NCBI GenBank assembly: GCA_965223695.1
Contig: CBDCXJ010000011.1
Coordinates: 6,824-70,823, forward strand
DNA length: 64,000 nucleotides
Direction: 5' to 3'
Origin: Gaiellaceae bacterium
GTDB lineage: Bacteria > Actinomycetota > Thermoleophilia > Gaiellales > Gaiellaceae
Shown here one piece after another: positions 33,828-45,612 of the stretch. Every line of letters starts with the position of its first letter. The first letter of the stretch is position 1. A model generated the notes under the pieces. It ran no database searches, was not told the origin of the DNA, and saw nothing but the letters and a program-made list of their open reading frames with translations. Both the position numbers and the translations under genes were made by a program.

Positions 33828-34283
33828 ATGACGCTGTACGAGACCCTGAAGTTCCTCCACATCGTCGCTGCCGCGATCGCGCTCGGCGGCGGGTTGATTC
33901 TCTCGCTCTACCTCCTGAGCGCGGTCCTGAGCCGTGACGGAACCCGGCTTCACTCGGCCAGCTCCGTCAACGCCTGGGCCGGCGTGCGCATCTTCGGGCC
34001 CTCCTATGCGCTCGTTCTGGCGTTCGGAATCTGGACGACGCTCGAGGGTGGCTGGGACTTCGGCGACACCTGGATCGCGATCGGCATCGTCGTCCTGGCG
34101 ATCGCGTTCGTGCTCGGGCCAACGGCGCACATGCGCAACGGGCTTGCGATGGAGAAAGCGATCGCCGATTCAGGACCGTCGTCACCGGCGGCGATGGCGA
34201 TCGGGCGGCGTGAGTGCGTCGTTCAGCTGTTCGAGCTGGCGCTGGTCATCTTGGCCGTCTGGGCGATGACGGCCAAGCCCTAA
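33828..34283 (+). CDS. Small membrane protein (DUF2269-like)
   Basis: 151 aa with 4 hydrophobic helices, MTLYETLKFLHIVAAAIALGGG... Start chosen at the ATG 33828. Confidence 0.55.
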   Translation: MTLYETLKFLHIVAAAIALGGGLILSLYLLSAVLSRDGTRLHSASSVNAWAGVRIFGPSYALVLAFGIWTTLEGGWDFGDTWIAIGIVVLAIAFVLGPTAHMRNGLAMEKAIADSGPSSPAAMAIGRRECVVQLFELALVILAVWAMTAKP

Positions 34284-34327
34284 GACAGACGCTCGCTCGT
34301 TCGGATACGCCCTCTGCGAGCGGCTTC

Positions 34328-35443
34328 TTAGGGCACCAGTGCCACGTGAATGGCCGGCTCGTCGGTGCGCCCGGCGAGCGTCGCGATCGCTCGCTCTGCG
34401 TCCTCGAGCGGGAACGAGTGCGTGTGAAGCTTCTCGAGCGGGTAGCGGCGCTGCTCGATCAGCTCGCAGGCGCGGTGGAAATCGCCGAGGGGCATGCTGA
34501 GGACGCCGCGCAGGCTCAGCTCCTTGTAGGCGATGTCGTCCGGGGCGAGCCGGGCCTCGACGCCTGCGCCCTTGAGGCCGGCGAGCACGATGCGCCCATG
34601 TCGGGCGCACATCGCCACCGCCTGCCGAAGAGCGTCTGTGAAGAAGGGTGTCGTGTCGACGACAACGCTTGCGCCGCCGTCGGTGAGCTCGCGGATCTCG
34701 TCAGTTGGGTCGACGTCGTCGACGACGATCGTGTGATCGGCGCCGAGCTCGCGCGCCAGGGCTAGCTTGTGCGCGTCCGACGCCAGCCCGGTGACGATCA
34801 CCTGTGAGGCGCCGGCGTCGCGGGCGGCGACCAGCGAGCAGAGCCCTCGCTGGCCGGGACCCATGATGACCACCTGGTCGCCTGGCCCGGTCGCGGGCAC
34901 CGTGGCGCCCCACGAGAGCCCGGCCGCCAGCGGGTTGAACATGACGGCGAGCTCGGCGGGCAGCGATGCGTCGACCTGGCGCACGAGCGAGAGCGGGTGC
35001 AGGTACATGTACTCGGCGAACGCACCCCAGAGGCCGGGCGCTGTGTCGACTCGCGTGAACCCGTAGGTGCCGCCGCGCGTGGGACACCCCGATGGCTCGA
35101 ACCGCGCGCACGCCTCGCAGCGCCCGCATCCGTAGGAGGAGCGAACGGCGACCCGATCGCCGACGGCGACGCCCCAGCGCTCGGCGGCTCGACGGCCGAT
35201 TGCCGCGATTCGGCCGAGGGGCTCGTGACCCGGAATCGACGGCATCGGCGCGTAGTAGTCGTTTGACTGCACCTGCCCGTCGAACTGCTCGTAGTCGGTA
35301 CCGCAGAGTCCGCAGATCTCGACCTCGAGCAACGCGTCGTCTGCGCCGATCGCTGGGAGCGGCAGGTCCTCGGGCGTTAATGCGCCCGGCTCGCGAAGGA
35401 CCATGGCCCGGGCGAGCGTCGGCAGCTCGCCGGACGGTGTCAT
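34328..35443 (-). CDS. Zinc-dependent alcohol dehydrogenase (MDR) family
   Basis: EICGLCGTDYEQ, GHEPLGRI, the structural-Zn motif CGRCEAC, and GPGQRGL. Confidence 0.85.
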   Translation of the reverse strand: MTPSGELPTLARAMVLREPGALTPEDLPLPAIGADDALLEVEICGLCGTDYEQFDGQVQSNDYYAPMPSIPGHEPLGRIAAIGRRAAERWGVAVGDRVAVRSSYGCGRCEACARFEPSGCPTRGGTYGFTRVDTAPGLWGAFAEYMYLHPLSLVRQVDASLPAELAVMFNPLAAGLSWGATVPATGPGDQVVIMGPGQRGLCSLVAARDAGASQVIVTGLASDAHKLALARELGADHTIVVDDVDPTDEIRELTDGGASVVVDTTPFFTDALRQAVAMCARHGRIVLAGLKGAGVEARLAPDDIAYKELSLRGVLSMPLGDFHRACELIEQRRYPLEKLHTHSFPLEDAERAIATLAGRTDEPAIHVALVP

Positions 35444-35462
35444 CTCGCGCTGTGGGCGGCGC

Positions 35463-37880
<2,418 letters not shown>

Positions 37881-37884
<4 letters not shown>

Positions 37885-38252
37885 TCTGAGCTCTCGGACG
37901 CCTCCGCGGCCGGCAGCGGCACGACCGTCACCTCGCCGTGGCGGAACGTCCGCTTGCCGGTTCGGGTGATCCGAAAGAGCGCGCCGCAGTGCGGGTCGGG
38001 GCAGGCGACGTCCATGTCGGTCGTCATCCAGTCGTTGTCCGCCGTCTCCCGCTGCTTGGCGGGCAGGATAGGCAGCAGCGCCGCAAGCGAGTAGAGCGGG
38101 AACGTCTGCTCGGGCGGAAGGGAGAGGTTCTCGCCCGAGAGCTCGAAGTAGTCACCGGCGGCGTGGTTACAGACCATCGGCCGGTCGGTCGCCACGACCT
38201 CGACCCGAAGGTCGTAGAGCGTGAACGAGTCGTCGTGCGCTGGCTCGCTCAT
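37881..38252 (-). CDS. TIGR04076-like small Cys-containing protein
   Basis: 123 aa. FTLYDLRVEVV...CNHAAGDYFELSGENL...PILPAKQRE...DWMTTD...CPDPHCGALFRITRTG matches my memory of TIGR04076. It overlaps the AKR start by 4 nt. Confidence 0.55.
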
Positions 38253-38259
38253 GTGGCTG

Positions 38260-39195
38260 CTACGCGGTCTTGCCAGCGAGCATCGTCCGCTCCTTCACGC
38301 GCACGATCGCAGAGACGGTGGTATTGACCGGCGCCTCGAGACCGAGCTCCTGCGCGACACGCGGGATCGAGCCGTTGATCACGTCGATCTCACCTCGCCG
38401 ACCGGCGAGGTAGTCGAGCAGCATCGACGGACGCGCATCAGGGATCTTCTCGCCGAACTCGACCACGTAGCGCACGGGATCGTCGAAGGTGAACGCAACT
38501 CCCCTGGCGCGGCCGATCTCGTAGGCCTCGGCAGCACAGCTCGTGGCGAGCTCGCGCCCGCTCTCGCGCGCAAGCAGCTCGCCGATCGTCAGCTCCAGAA
38601 TGGTGCAGCTGCCGCTGTAGGCAACGTTGCAGACGAGCTTCTCCCAGACGAGCTGGGCGACGTCGTCGTAGGTCTGGACGCGGAAGCCCGCCTCGCGCCA
38701 GACGTCGGCGACGCGCTCGACGCGCTCGCTCACCGGACCCTCGCGCTCGCCCAGGCGGACGAGCTCCATGCCCTCGTGGCGGGCGTGACCTGGACCCTGG
38801 ATCGACGCGCCGAACCCGCCGACGACGCCGACGATCACGGCCTCTTCGCCGAGCACGGCGGCCGCCGTATCGGGTCCGCCCAGCCCGTTCTGGATCGAGA
38901 GGACGGTCGTCGCATCCCCCACGAGCGAGCGCGCGGCGGTGGCGGCCGCCTCGACATCCATCGCCTTGGTCGCGACGATCACCAGCTCGCAGACCCCGGC
39001 GTCGGCAGCGTCCGTCGTGGCCGACACCGCTACGGTCCGATCGCCGCTCGCGCCCTCGACCCTGAGCCCGTGCTCCGAGATCGCGTCGACGTGCTCCTTC
39101 CAGGCGTCGATCGCCCAGACCTCGTTGCCCGAGTCAGCCAGCAGTCCGGCGTAGACCGAACCCATCGCGCCGGTGCCCACGATTGCGATTTTCAC
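38260..39195 (-). CDS. 2-dehydropantoate 2-reductase (ketopantoate reductase, PanE/ApbA family)
   Basis: MKIAIVGTGAMGSVYAGLLA plus the C-terminal SMLLDYLAGRRGEID pattern. Confidence 0.8.
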   Translation of the reverse strand: MKIAIVGTGAMGSVYAGLLADSGNEVWAIDAWKEHVDAISEHGLRVEGASGDRTVAVSATTDAADAGVCELVIVATKAMDVEAAATAARSLVGDATTVLSIQNGLGGPDTAAAVLGEEAVIVGVVGGFGASIQGPGHARHEGMELVRLGEREGPVSERVERVADVWREAGFRVQTYDDVAQLVWEKLVCNVAYSGSCTILELTIGELLARESGRELATSCAAEAYEIGRARGVAFTFDDPVRYVVEFGEKIPDARPSMLLDYLAGRRGEIDVINGSIPRVAQELGLEAPVNTTVSAIVRVKERTMLAGKTA

Positions 39196-39264
39196 GCGCC
39201 CTCCGATCGCTGGATGTCGCCGAAAGCGCGTCTATCGTGCCATGACACGATCGAGGAGGCTGAC

Positions 39265-39846
39265 ATGGCCGATCATCCGATCAACGTCGTCGCAACTGAC
39301 GACCTGAGGCGAAGCAGGCTCACCGTCTTCTTCCGCTACCTGCTCGTGATCCCGCATCAGATCTGGTTGGCGCTCTGGGGCTTCGCAGCCATGTTCGCTC
39401 ACCTGATCAACTGGTTCGCAACGCTGATCATGGGCCGCTCGCCCGAGGGACTACACAACTTCCTCGCCGGCTACACGCGCTACTCGGTCCACGTGAGCGC
39501 CTACGGGAACCTGCTCGCCAACCCGTTTCCGGGCTTCTCATCGAACGACCCCTACCCGGTGACAGCAGAGATCGCGCCGCCCGAGAAGCAGAACCGACTG
39601 ATCACGTTCTTCCGCTCGCTGCTCGGGATCCCAGCCTTCTTCCTCGCCTTCATCCTGCAGATCCCGCTTGCCCTGATCGCGCTTGTCGGCTGGTTCGCCT
39701 GCCTGATTATGGGGCGCATGCCCGCGAGCTTCGAGCGGCTGGGTCTCTATTGCGTTCAGTACAACGTGCGTACGAATGCCTACAGCATGCTGCTCACCGA
39801 GCGCTACCCCCGCCTCGGGCACGCGCAGGGCACCGCCGAGCTATAG
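39265..39846 (+). CDS. DUF4389-like membrane protein
   Basis: GAGGAGG SD 5 nt before the ATG. RRSRLTVFFRYLLVIPHQIWL is repeated as NRLITFFRSLLGIPAFFL. The track ORF 38221-39846 is mostly antisense to panE. Confidence 0.6.
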   Translation: MADHPINVVATDDLRRSRLTVFFRYLLVIPHQIWLALWGFAAMFAHLINWFATLIMGRSPEGLHNFLAGYTRYSVHVSAYGNLLANPFPGFSSNDPYPVTAEIAPPEKQNRLITFFRSLLGIPAFFLAFILQIPLALIALVGWFACLIMGRMPASFERLGLYCVQYNVRTNAYSMLLTERYPRLGHAQGTAEL

Positions 39847-39904
39847 CCGGCCCGGCGACCCGCGCCCTGGGCGACCCGGAGCGTGTGCAACGATAGGGGC
39901 GCCT

Positions 39905-39995
39905 GGAGAGGTGTCCGAGTTGGCCTAAGGAGCGCGACTGGAAATCGCGTACTCGGGTTACACCCGAGTCGTGGGTTCGAATCCCACCCTCTCCG
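39905..39995 (+). tRNA. tRNA-Ser (anticodon GGA), class II
   Basis: Acceptor GGAGAGG/CCTCTCC, anticodon loop CTGGAAA, T-arm GTGGG-TTCGAAT-CCCAC, long variable arm. Confidence 0.9.
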
Positions 39996-39998
39996 TTT

Positions 39999-40559
39999 CT
40001 ATCCGGACGTCGCTGAGACGACGTAGGCGGCGACGTCGTCGATCTCGGCCGGGCTGAGCTGGCCCGCGAAGGCGGGCATCGAGCCGGCTCCGTTCGTCAC
40101 CCGATCGACCGATAGCTCGAGCGACGGCATCGACTCGTCGAGGTTGGGGCCGATCGCCCCGGTGGCGCCCGCGGCGGCGAGCGCGTGACACGAGCCGCAG
40201 CTCGCGCTCACGAACACGCCTTCGCCGGCGGCCGGATCGCCCGGGCCAGCGCCGGGCGAGCCCTCGGCGGGTGGCGGCCCCTCGGCGGGCGGGCCGTCGC
40301 CCGGAGGCGGCGCCTCGCCTTCCGCAGGTTCGCCCTCGCCCTCTCCGGTCGCGGCCTCGGCGTGGTGTTCTTCGGCACCGTAGACCTCGATCGCGGCCAG
40401 CGTTCCACCCACGAGCACCATGCAGATGATCCCGAACGTGACGAGGTTGCGCCTCCCCGGAAATCCCGGGTCGCGCTTGGGAATCATGACCGACACCACC
40501 AGGCTGAACACGACCAGCACGGCGGTGACGACCGAGATGATGATTTCGCCGTTCGACAA
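39999..40559 (-). CDS. Membrane-anchored class-I c-type cytochrome
   Basis: N-terminal TM, a G/P/E-rich linker, the heme motif CGSCH, and a distal GSMPAF Met ligand region. Its stop is 3 nt from the tRNA 3' end. Confidence 0.8.
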   Translation of the reverse strand: MSNGEIIISVVTAVLVVFSLVVSVMIPKRDPGFPGRRNLVTFGIICMVLVGGTLAAIEVYGAEEHHAEAATGEGEGEPAEGEAPPPGDGPPAEGPPPAEGSPGAGPGDPAAGEGVFVSASCGSCHALAAAGATGAIGPNLDESMPSLELSVDRVTNGAGSMPAFAGQLSPAEIDDVAAYVVSATSG

Positions 40560-40585
40560 GGGCGAGCAGTACGATAGCTACCGCG

Positions 40586-41524
40586 GTGGGCCGCGTCCGT
40601 ACGTATTCGATAGCGGCCGCGGCGATACTCATCGCGCTCGTATTGGCCGCGGTCCGCGTCGCCGAGAACCCGGGGTCACTGTCGGGTTGGCAGGCGTTCG
40701 CGCTCGGGATCGTGCAGGGGTTCACCGAGCTTCTCCCGATCTCCTCGTCGGGCCATCTGATCCTCGTTCCCTGGCTCGCCGAGTGGCACTTCCTCGAGCA
40801 GAACGACGCCTTCAATCAGACCTTCGACGTTGCGCTTCACCTGGGCACCGCGGTCGCCGTCGTCATGTACTTCTGGGTGGACGTCGCACGGATCACGACA
40901 GCGTGGGTCGTCACGATGCGGACGCGAGAGGTCAAGACCACGGACGAGCGCGTCGCCTGGTTCGTGGTGATCGCGACCGTGCCCGCGCTGGTCGTCGGCG
41001 GGCTCTTCGGTGAGGACATCTCGGCCGACCTGGGCGAGCCCTGGCAGATCGCGATCCTCCTCGCCGTCTTCGGCGTCGTTCTCTTCCTTGCCGATCGGAT
41101 GCCGGCGCGGCGCACGTTCGACGACCTGACGCTCAAGACCTCGATCGTGGTTGGGCTCGTCCAGTGCCTTGCGCTGATGCCCGGCGTCTCTCGCTCGGGA
41201 ATCACGATCTCGGCGGGGCGCGCGCTGCGCCTCGACCGCGACGCGGCCGCCCGCTTCTCGTTCCTGCTCCTGATCCCGGTCTCGATCGCGGCGGTCGTCT
41301 ACACGGCGGTTCGCGATATCGGTTTCGGCACGCTCCCTGACGGCTGGGTCGGGCCCTTTCTCGTCGGAACCGTCGCCTCGTTTGGCGCAGGGTTGCTCGC
41401 GATCGACGCGCTGCTCGGCGTCGTGCGCCGCCATAGCTTCACCGGCTTCGTCGTCTACCGGCAGATCATCGCGCTCGTAATCCTGCTCCTGATCGCCACC
41501 GGGGCGCGCTCCGCAACCTTCTAG
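40586..41524 (+). CDS. uppP: Undecaprenyl-diphosphate phosphatase
   Basis: GIVQGFTELLPISSSGHLIL and PGVSRSGITISAG motifs. The N-terminal ~35 aa extension makes the exact start uncertain. Confidence 0.85.
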   Translation: MGRVRTYSIAAAAILIALVLAAVRVAENPGSLSGWQAFALGIVQGFTELLPISSSGHLILVPWLAEWHFLEQNDAFNQTFDVALHLGTAVAVVMYFWVDVARITTAWVVTMRTREVKTTDERVAWFVVIATVPALVVGGLFGEDISADLGEPWQIAILLAVFGVVLFLADRMPARRTFDDLTLKTSIVVGLVQCLALMPGVSRSGITISAGRALRLDRDAAARFSFLLLIPVSIAAVVYTAVRDIGFGTLPDGWVGPFLVGTVASFGAGLLAIDALLGVVRRHSFTGFVVYRQIIALVILLLIATGARSATF

Positions 41525-41590
41525 GAGGCGCGTGCCGCGCGTGCCGCGCGAGCCGCCTAGCATCACGGCGCCGCTACCGAGGGAGACACC

Positions 41591-42199
41591 ATGGCCTGGA
41601 AGCTCGAGGGCGACTACTTCGAGAACTGCTCCTGCGACATTCTCTGTCCCTGCATCACCTCGCATATGCAGGTTCCGGCGGACACGGAGCGCTGTCTCGT
41701 TCCGCTTGTCTGTCGCGTCGATGACGGGCACCTCGACGACCTGCGACTCGACGGCCTCTGCTTCATCATGGTGGTCGACTCCCCCGCGGTCATGGCCGAC
41801 GGAGGCTGGCGCCTGGCGCTCTACATCGACGAGCGATCGACGGGCGAGCAGCAGGACGCTCTGGGGAAGATTCTCTCGGGCGATCTTGGCGGCGTGCCCG
41901 GCGTGCTTGCACCGCTGATTGGCGAGGTTCTCGGCACGAAGCTCGTTCCCATCGTCTACGAGGCCGACGGGCACCGGCGCCGCGTCGAGGTGCCCGGGAT
42001 CATGGAGTTCGAGGTCGAGGGGATCGTGTCGCCCGAGACGGGCGAGGTGATGGAGATCACGAACACGGTCCATCCGATGGGCGTCGATCTGCCGATCACG
42101 CAGAGCACGAAGGGCGTCTACAACGACTCCGACTACGACTTCGCATTCGACAACACGGGCAAGAATGGCCACTACCGCAGTTTCAGCTGGTCCGGCTAG
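41591..42199 (+). CDS. DUF1326 family protein
   Basis: MAWKLEGDYFENCSCDILCPCITSHM is the characteristic Cys-rich N-terminus. Confidence 0.7.
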   Translation: MAWKLEGDYFENCSCDILCPCITSHMQVPADTERCLVPLVCRVDDGHLDDLRLDGLCFIMVVDSPAVMADGGWRLALYIDERSTGEQQDALGKILSGDLGGVPGVLAPLIGEVLGTKLVPIVYEADGHRRRVEVPGIMEFEVEGIVSPETGEVMEITNTVHPMGVDLPITQSTKGVYNDSDYDFAFDNTGKNGHYRSFSWSG

Positions 42200-43004
42200 T
42201 CCGCACCGCCCGGCGAGACCCGGCCCGCATCTCCTCGCCAGCGCCGCGCTGATCGCCGCGCTGCTGTGCGCAGCGGCCGTGTGTTGGCTGCTCAACGTGC
42301 GCATGTGGGTCGACATGGGCAACGGGCCGGGCACGATGGGCTTCGCGCTGGCTGGCTTCATCGGGTTCTGGACCACGATGATGGCGGCGATGATGCTGCC
42401 CTCGGCTACGCCGACGGCGGCGCTGTACCTGCGCACCGTCCGCGCACGCGCGCATGGCGCTGTGCGGCTGGTGCGCACTGCCGCGCTCGTCTGCGGGTAC
42501 CTGACCGTCTGGGCCGCGAGCGGCATCGGCGCCTACTACGCGGCCTGGGGAGCGTCACGCCTCGCCGTGAACGAGCCGACGATCGCTCGCTGGGCGGCGG
42601 CGGGCGCGCTGGTCGTCATCGGGGCCTACCAACTCTCGCCGCTCAAGGACCGCTGCCTGGCGCACTGCCGATCGCCGCTCGGCTTCCTGCTGCACGTGGG
42701 AAACTTCCGCGGCCCGGCGCGTGACTTCAAGACCGGCGCCTACCACGGAGCCTTCTGCCTCGGCTGTTGCTGGAGCCTGATGGCGATCTTCATCGTCGTC
42801 GGCGTCATGAATCTGGCCTGGATGGCCGTGCTCGCAGCCGTGATCGCGCTCGAGAAGCTGTGGCGCTACGGCCCGGAGCTCAGCCGCGCGGTCGGCATCG
42901 CGCTCGTCGCGCTCGCGTTCTTCGTGCCCTGGAACCCCTCGCTCGTCCCGGGCATGTACGTCGACCCTGCCAACCCTACGATGATGCGGATGGACGCCGG
43001 CTAG
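42165..43004 (+). CDS. DUF2182 family membrane protein (predicted metal-binding)
   Basis: Polytopic. FWTTMMAAMMLPSATP and CLGCCWSLMAI motifs. It forms the usual pair with DUF1326. The start is uncertain (42165 to about 42303). Confidence 0.65.
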   Translation: MATTAVSAGPASPHRPARPGPHLLASAALIAALLCAAAVCWLLNVRMWVDMGNGPGTMGFALAGFIGFWTTMMAAMMLPSATPTAALYLRTVRARAHGAVRLVRTAALVCGYLTVWAASGIGAYYAAWGASRLAVNEPTIARWAAAGALVVIGAYQLSPLKDRCLAHCRSPLGFLLHVGNFRGPARDFKTGAYHGAFCLGCCWSLMAIFIVVGVMNLAWMAVLAAVIALEKLWRYGPELSRAVGIALVALAFFVPWNPSLVPGMYVDPANPTMMRMDAG

Positions 43005-43378
43005 CCGGCGCGCGCCGGCAGCTCGGCGATCAGCCGCTCGCGGCGCTCCCGCAACCGCTGCTGCACGTCGGGCGCGACGTCGTCGGGTGTCCAGTCGAAC
43101 TCGCGGCTGAAAGCGATCTCGATCTCGGCGACGTCGGGCATCGCCTCGAGGCGATGCCGAATCTCGCGCTCGAAGTGCACGCCGTACAGGCAGCCCGGGC
43201 CTGTAAGGCGGAGGCGCACGAGCACGTCGCGCGCGGCGCTGGTCCGGCCGCCGCCAGCCGCTTCCGTCAGCTCGACTCCGCACAGAAGCCCCATGTCGAC
43301 GAGCCCGGCGGGCACGCCCTGGGCGACCGAGCACGGATCGGGCACGTCGTTGACGGCGCCGCGAACCCGCTCGAGCAT
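43001..43378 (-). CDS. DUF59 (MIP18/SufT-like) metal-sulfur cluster assembly domain protein
   Basis: 125 aa from the internal ATG. VNDVPDPC...LVDMGLL...LRLTGPGC...DWTPDD pattern. Confidence 0.6.
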   Translation of the reverse strand: MLERVRGAVNDVPDPCSVAQGVPAGLVDMGLLCGVELTEAAGGGRTSAARDVLVRLRLTGPGCLYGVHFEREIRHRLEAMPDVAEIEIAFSREFDWTPDDVAPDVQQRLRERRERLIAELPARAG

Positions 43379-43386
43379 CGCCTCGC

Positions 43387-44508
43387 TCACGCGGCCGCTC
43401 CGGCCGATACGCGCCCGCGCTGCTCGCGCCATGGCCCGGTGGGCGCGGCGACGTACGCACGGCGTCTCTCGGCCCAGTCGTCGTCCGACACCGCCGCCTT
43501 CACAGCATCGACGTCGAGGTTGTGGAGCCGCGCCATGTTCCCGCCGAACATCTTGGCCTTCGCCTCGTCGGTGAGTGGCGGGTAGCCGTAGCCCTCCTGG
43601 AGTTCTTCCGGCATGTCGAGGCTGGCGAACGCCTCGACGAGCGGCTGGGGGTGACCGAGCGGGCACCCGGTTCCCCACATGATCCGATCGTCGCCGCCGT
43701 AGCGCATCAGCGTGCCGAGCACGTGCGCGAAACGTGTCGGCTGGCGCACTGCGAAGTTGGCGACAGCCTCGAGGTTCGCCCAGATGTTCCCGTGCGTCAT
43801 CAGCTGCAGCCCACATTCCTCGAGGAAGGCCCAGCCGGAGTGGACGACCTCGAACGTCAGGTCTGGGAAGGCGAGCGCGGCCGAGTTGATGTCGTCGACC
43901 CGGTCCTTGTCGAGCGGCCCCGGGCCGACCGGCCAGGCCTTGTGAATGGCCATCACGTTGACGCCGAGCTCGCGGCCCTTCTCGAAGAACGGGAACGCCG
44001 CCTCCGGGTCGTCGTAGAAGACCGTCATGGCGCGGTTTTTGTCGTGGTCGATCATCCCGTTCGAGGGGTAGAACTTGAAGCCGTTGACGGGCGCCTCTTC
44101 GACGAGCCGCTCCATGGTCTCGAGCTCGCCGAGACCCTTGAGCGGGTCGACGGGCGCGTACAGCAGAACCCGGTCCGGGTAGAGCTTCTTGAGCTCGGCG
44201 CCGATCTCCCAGGGCGAGGAGCCGCGCTTGAAGAAGGCTGCGATCTCGACGCCGTGGTAGACCATGAGGTCGACGTCCGACTCCTCGAAGTAGACGCTGG
44301 CGAGCTCCTCAGCGCTCCAGCCGGAAGCCCATTCCTCGTGGCTGAGCAGGTAGCCGGGCTCGCGCGACTCGAGCGGGCCGTGTCCCAGGTCGTAGACGAA
44401 CTGCGCGAGCGACCCGTAGACCTCGGGCGGACAGTCGTCGAGGCGGTTCGACTCGGTGAAGTCGAAGGCATGCGCGACGGCGTCGATGATCAGGTTTCCA
44501 TTCCACAT
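43387..44508 (-). CDS. Amidohydrolase-2-type metal-dependent hydrolase (TIM barrel)
   Basis: 373 aa. IIDAVAHAF start, then VMAIHKAW, and HSGWAFLEE...IMWGTGCP, which resembles PF04909-type proteins. Confidence 0.65.
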   Translation of the reverse strand: MWNGNLIIDAVAHAFDFTESNRLDDCPPEVYGSLAQFVYDLGHGPLESREPGYLLSHEEWASGWSAEELASVYFEESDVDLMVYHGVEIAAFFKRGSSPWEIGAELKKLYPDRVLLYAPVDPLKGLGELETMERLVEEAPVNGFKFYPSNGMIDHDKNRAMTVFYDDPEAAFPFFEKGRELGVNVMAIHKAWPVGPGPLDKDRVDDINSAALAFPDLTFEVVHSGWAFLEECGLQLMTHGNIWANLEAVANFAVRQPTRFAHVLGTLMRYGGDDRIMWGTGCPLGHPQPLVEAFASLDMPEELQEGYGYPPLTDEAKAKMFGGNMARLHNLDVDAVKAAVSDDDWAERRRAYVAAPTGPWREQRGRVSAGAAA

Positions 44509-44577
44509 TTCTCTGAGCCTCCTCAGGCGCAGCGGTGCGGCCGCCGCGCTGGTTCGCCAGACGCGTCGGCCGCCCGT

Positions 44578-45612
44578 CTAGCCGACATTGATGCAGATCT
44601 TTCCGAATGCGCCCTCGTCGCGGAGCTTGAGCAGGGCGTCGAGCGCGTCCTCGAAGGCGTACTCGCTGTCGACGACGGGCCGGATCTGGGCTGCGTCCAT
44701 CGCCCGGTACATCGACTCGTAGCTCTCGCGCGGGGCAGCCGAGATGCCCTGCATGCGCACGTTCTTGAGCAGGGCGACGAGAACGCTCAGCTCGTACATG
44801 TAGCCGGGAGGCTCTGGTGCTTCGAGGTTCAGCTGGCTCATGTAGCCGATCAGGCTGATCAGGCCACCGGCCCGAAGCGCCTCGGCGGAGCGCCCGAGAT
44901 CGCCCGCGTTCTCGATCACGTGGTCGACGCCGACGCCGCCGGTCAGCTCGAGGACGGCGGCGCCCCACTCGGGCTCGCTCGTGTAGTTGACGCCCGCCAT
45001 GGCGCCGAGCTCGATCGCACGAGCGATCTTCTCGTCTGAGCTCGAGGTGACGATCACCTGCGCTCCGGTCGCCGTGGCGAACTGCAGCGCAGCCATCGAG
45101 ACGCCGCCGGTGCCCTCGGCGAGAACGATGTCGCCGGCTTTCATATCTCCCAGAACCACGAGCGACTGCCACGCCGTTGCGGCGGCAACGGTCGCCGCGG
45201 CAGCCTCGACGTCGCTGAGGTAGTCAGGGATCGGGACGACGCCTTCGGCCTCGAGCACGCAGTACTCCTGGAGCATGCCGTCGTAGTGCCCGCCGATGTG
45301 GCTCCAGAACCGCTCGAGCGTCCGCTCACCCGAGACCCAGGCCTGGCAGAAGGCGCCGACGACGCGCTGGCCGAGCTCGACCCGCGTCACGCCCTCACCG
45401 ACCGCGACGATCTCGCCCACTCCGTCGGAGACGGGCACGATCGGGAGGCGCTGGTTCGGGTCGTACTTGTTGTAGATCACCTGCAGGTCGCGCGAGTTGA
45501 GCGCCGCTGCCTTGACGCGCAGCTTGACCTGGCCGGGGCCGGGTTCCGGCTCAGGTCGATCGACGAGCTTCAGGTTGTCGATTCCGAACTTGGCTAGCTC
45601 CCACGCTCTCAT
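44578..45612 (-). CDS. NADPH:quinone oxidoreductase-like MDR protein
   Basis: 344 aa from the internal ATG. MRAWELAKFG...PGPGQVKLRVKAAALNSRDL...PVSDGVGEIVAVG...AEGTGGVS. Confidence 0.85.
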   Translation of the reverse strand: MRAWELAKFGIDNLKLVDRPEPEPGPGQVKLRVKAAALNSRDLQVIYNKYDPNQRLPIVPVSDGVGEIVAVGEGVTRVELGQRVVGAFCQAWVSGERTLERFWSHIGGHYDGMLQEYCVLEAEGVVPIPDYLSDVEAAAATVAAATAWQSLVVLGDMKAGDIVLAEGTGGVSMAALQFATATGAQVIVTSSSDEKIARAIELGAMAGVNYTSEPEWGAAVLELTGGVGVDHVIENAGDLGRSAEALRAGGLISLIGYMSQLNLEAPEPPGYMYELSVLVALLKNVRMQGISAAPRESYESMYRAMDAAQIRPVVDSEYAFEDALDALLKLRDEGAFGKICINVG

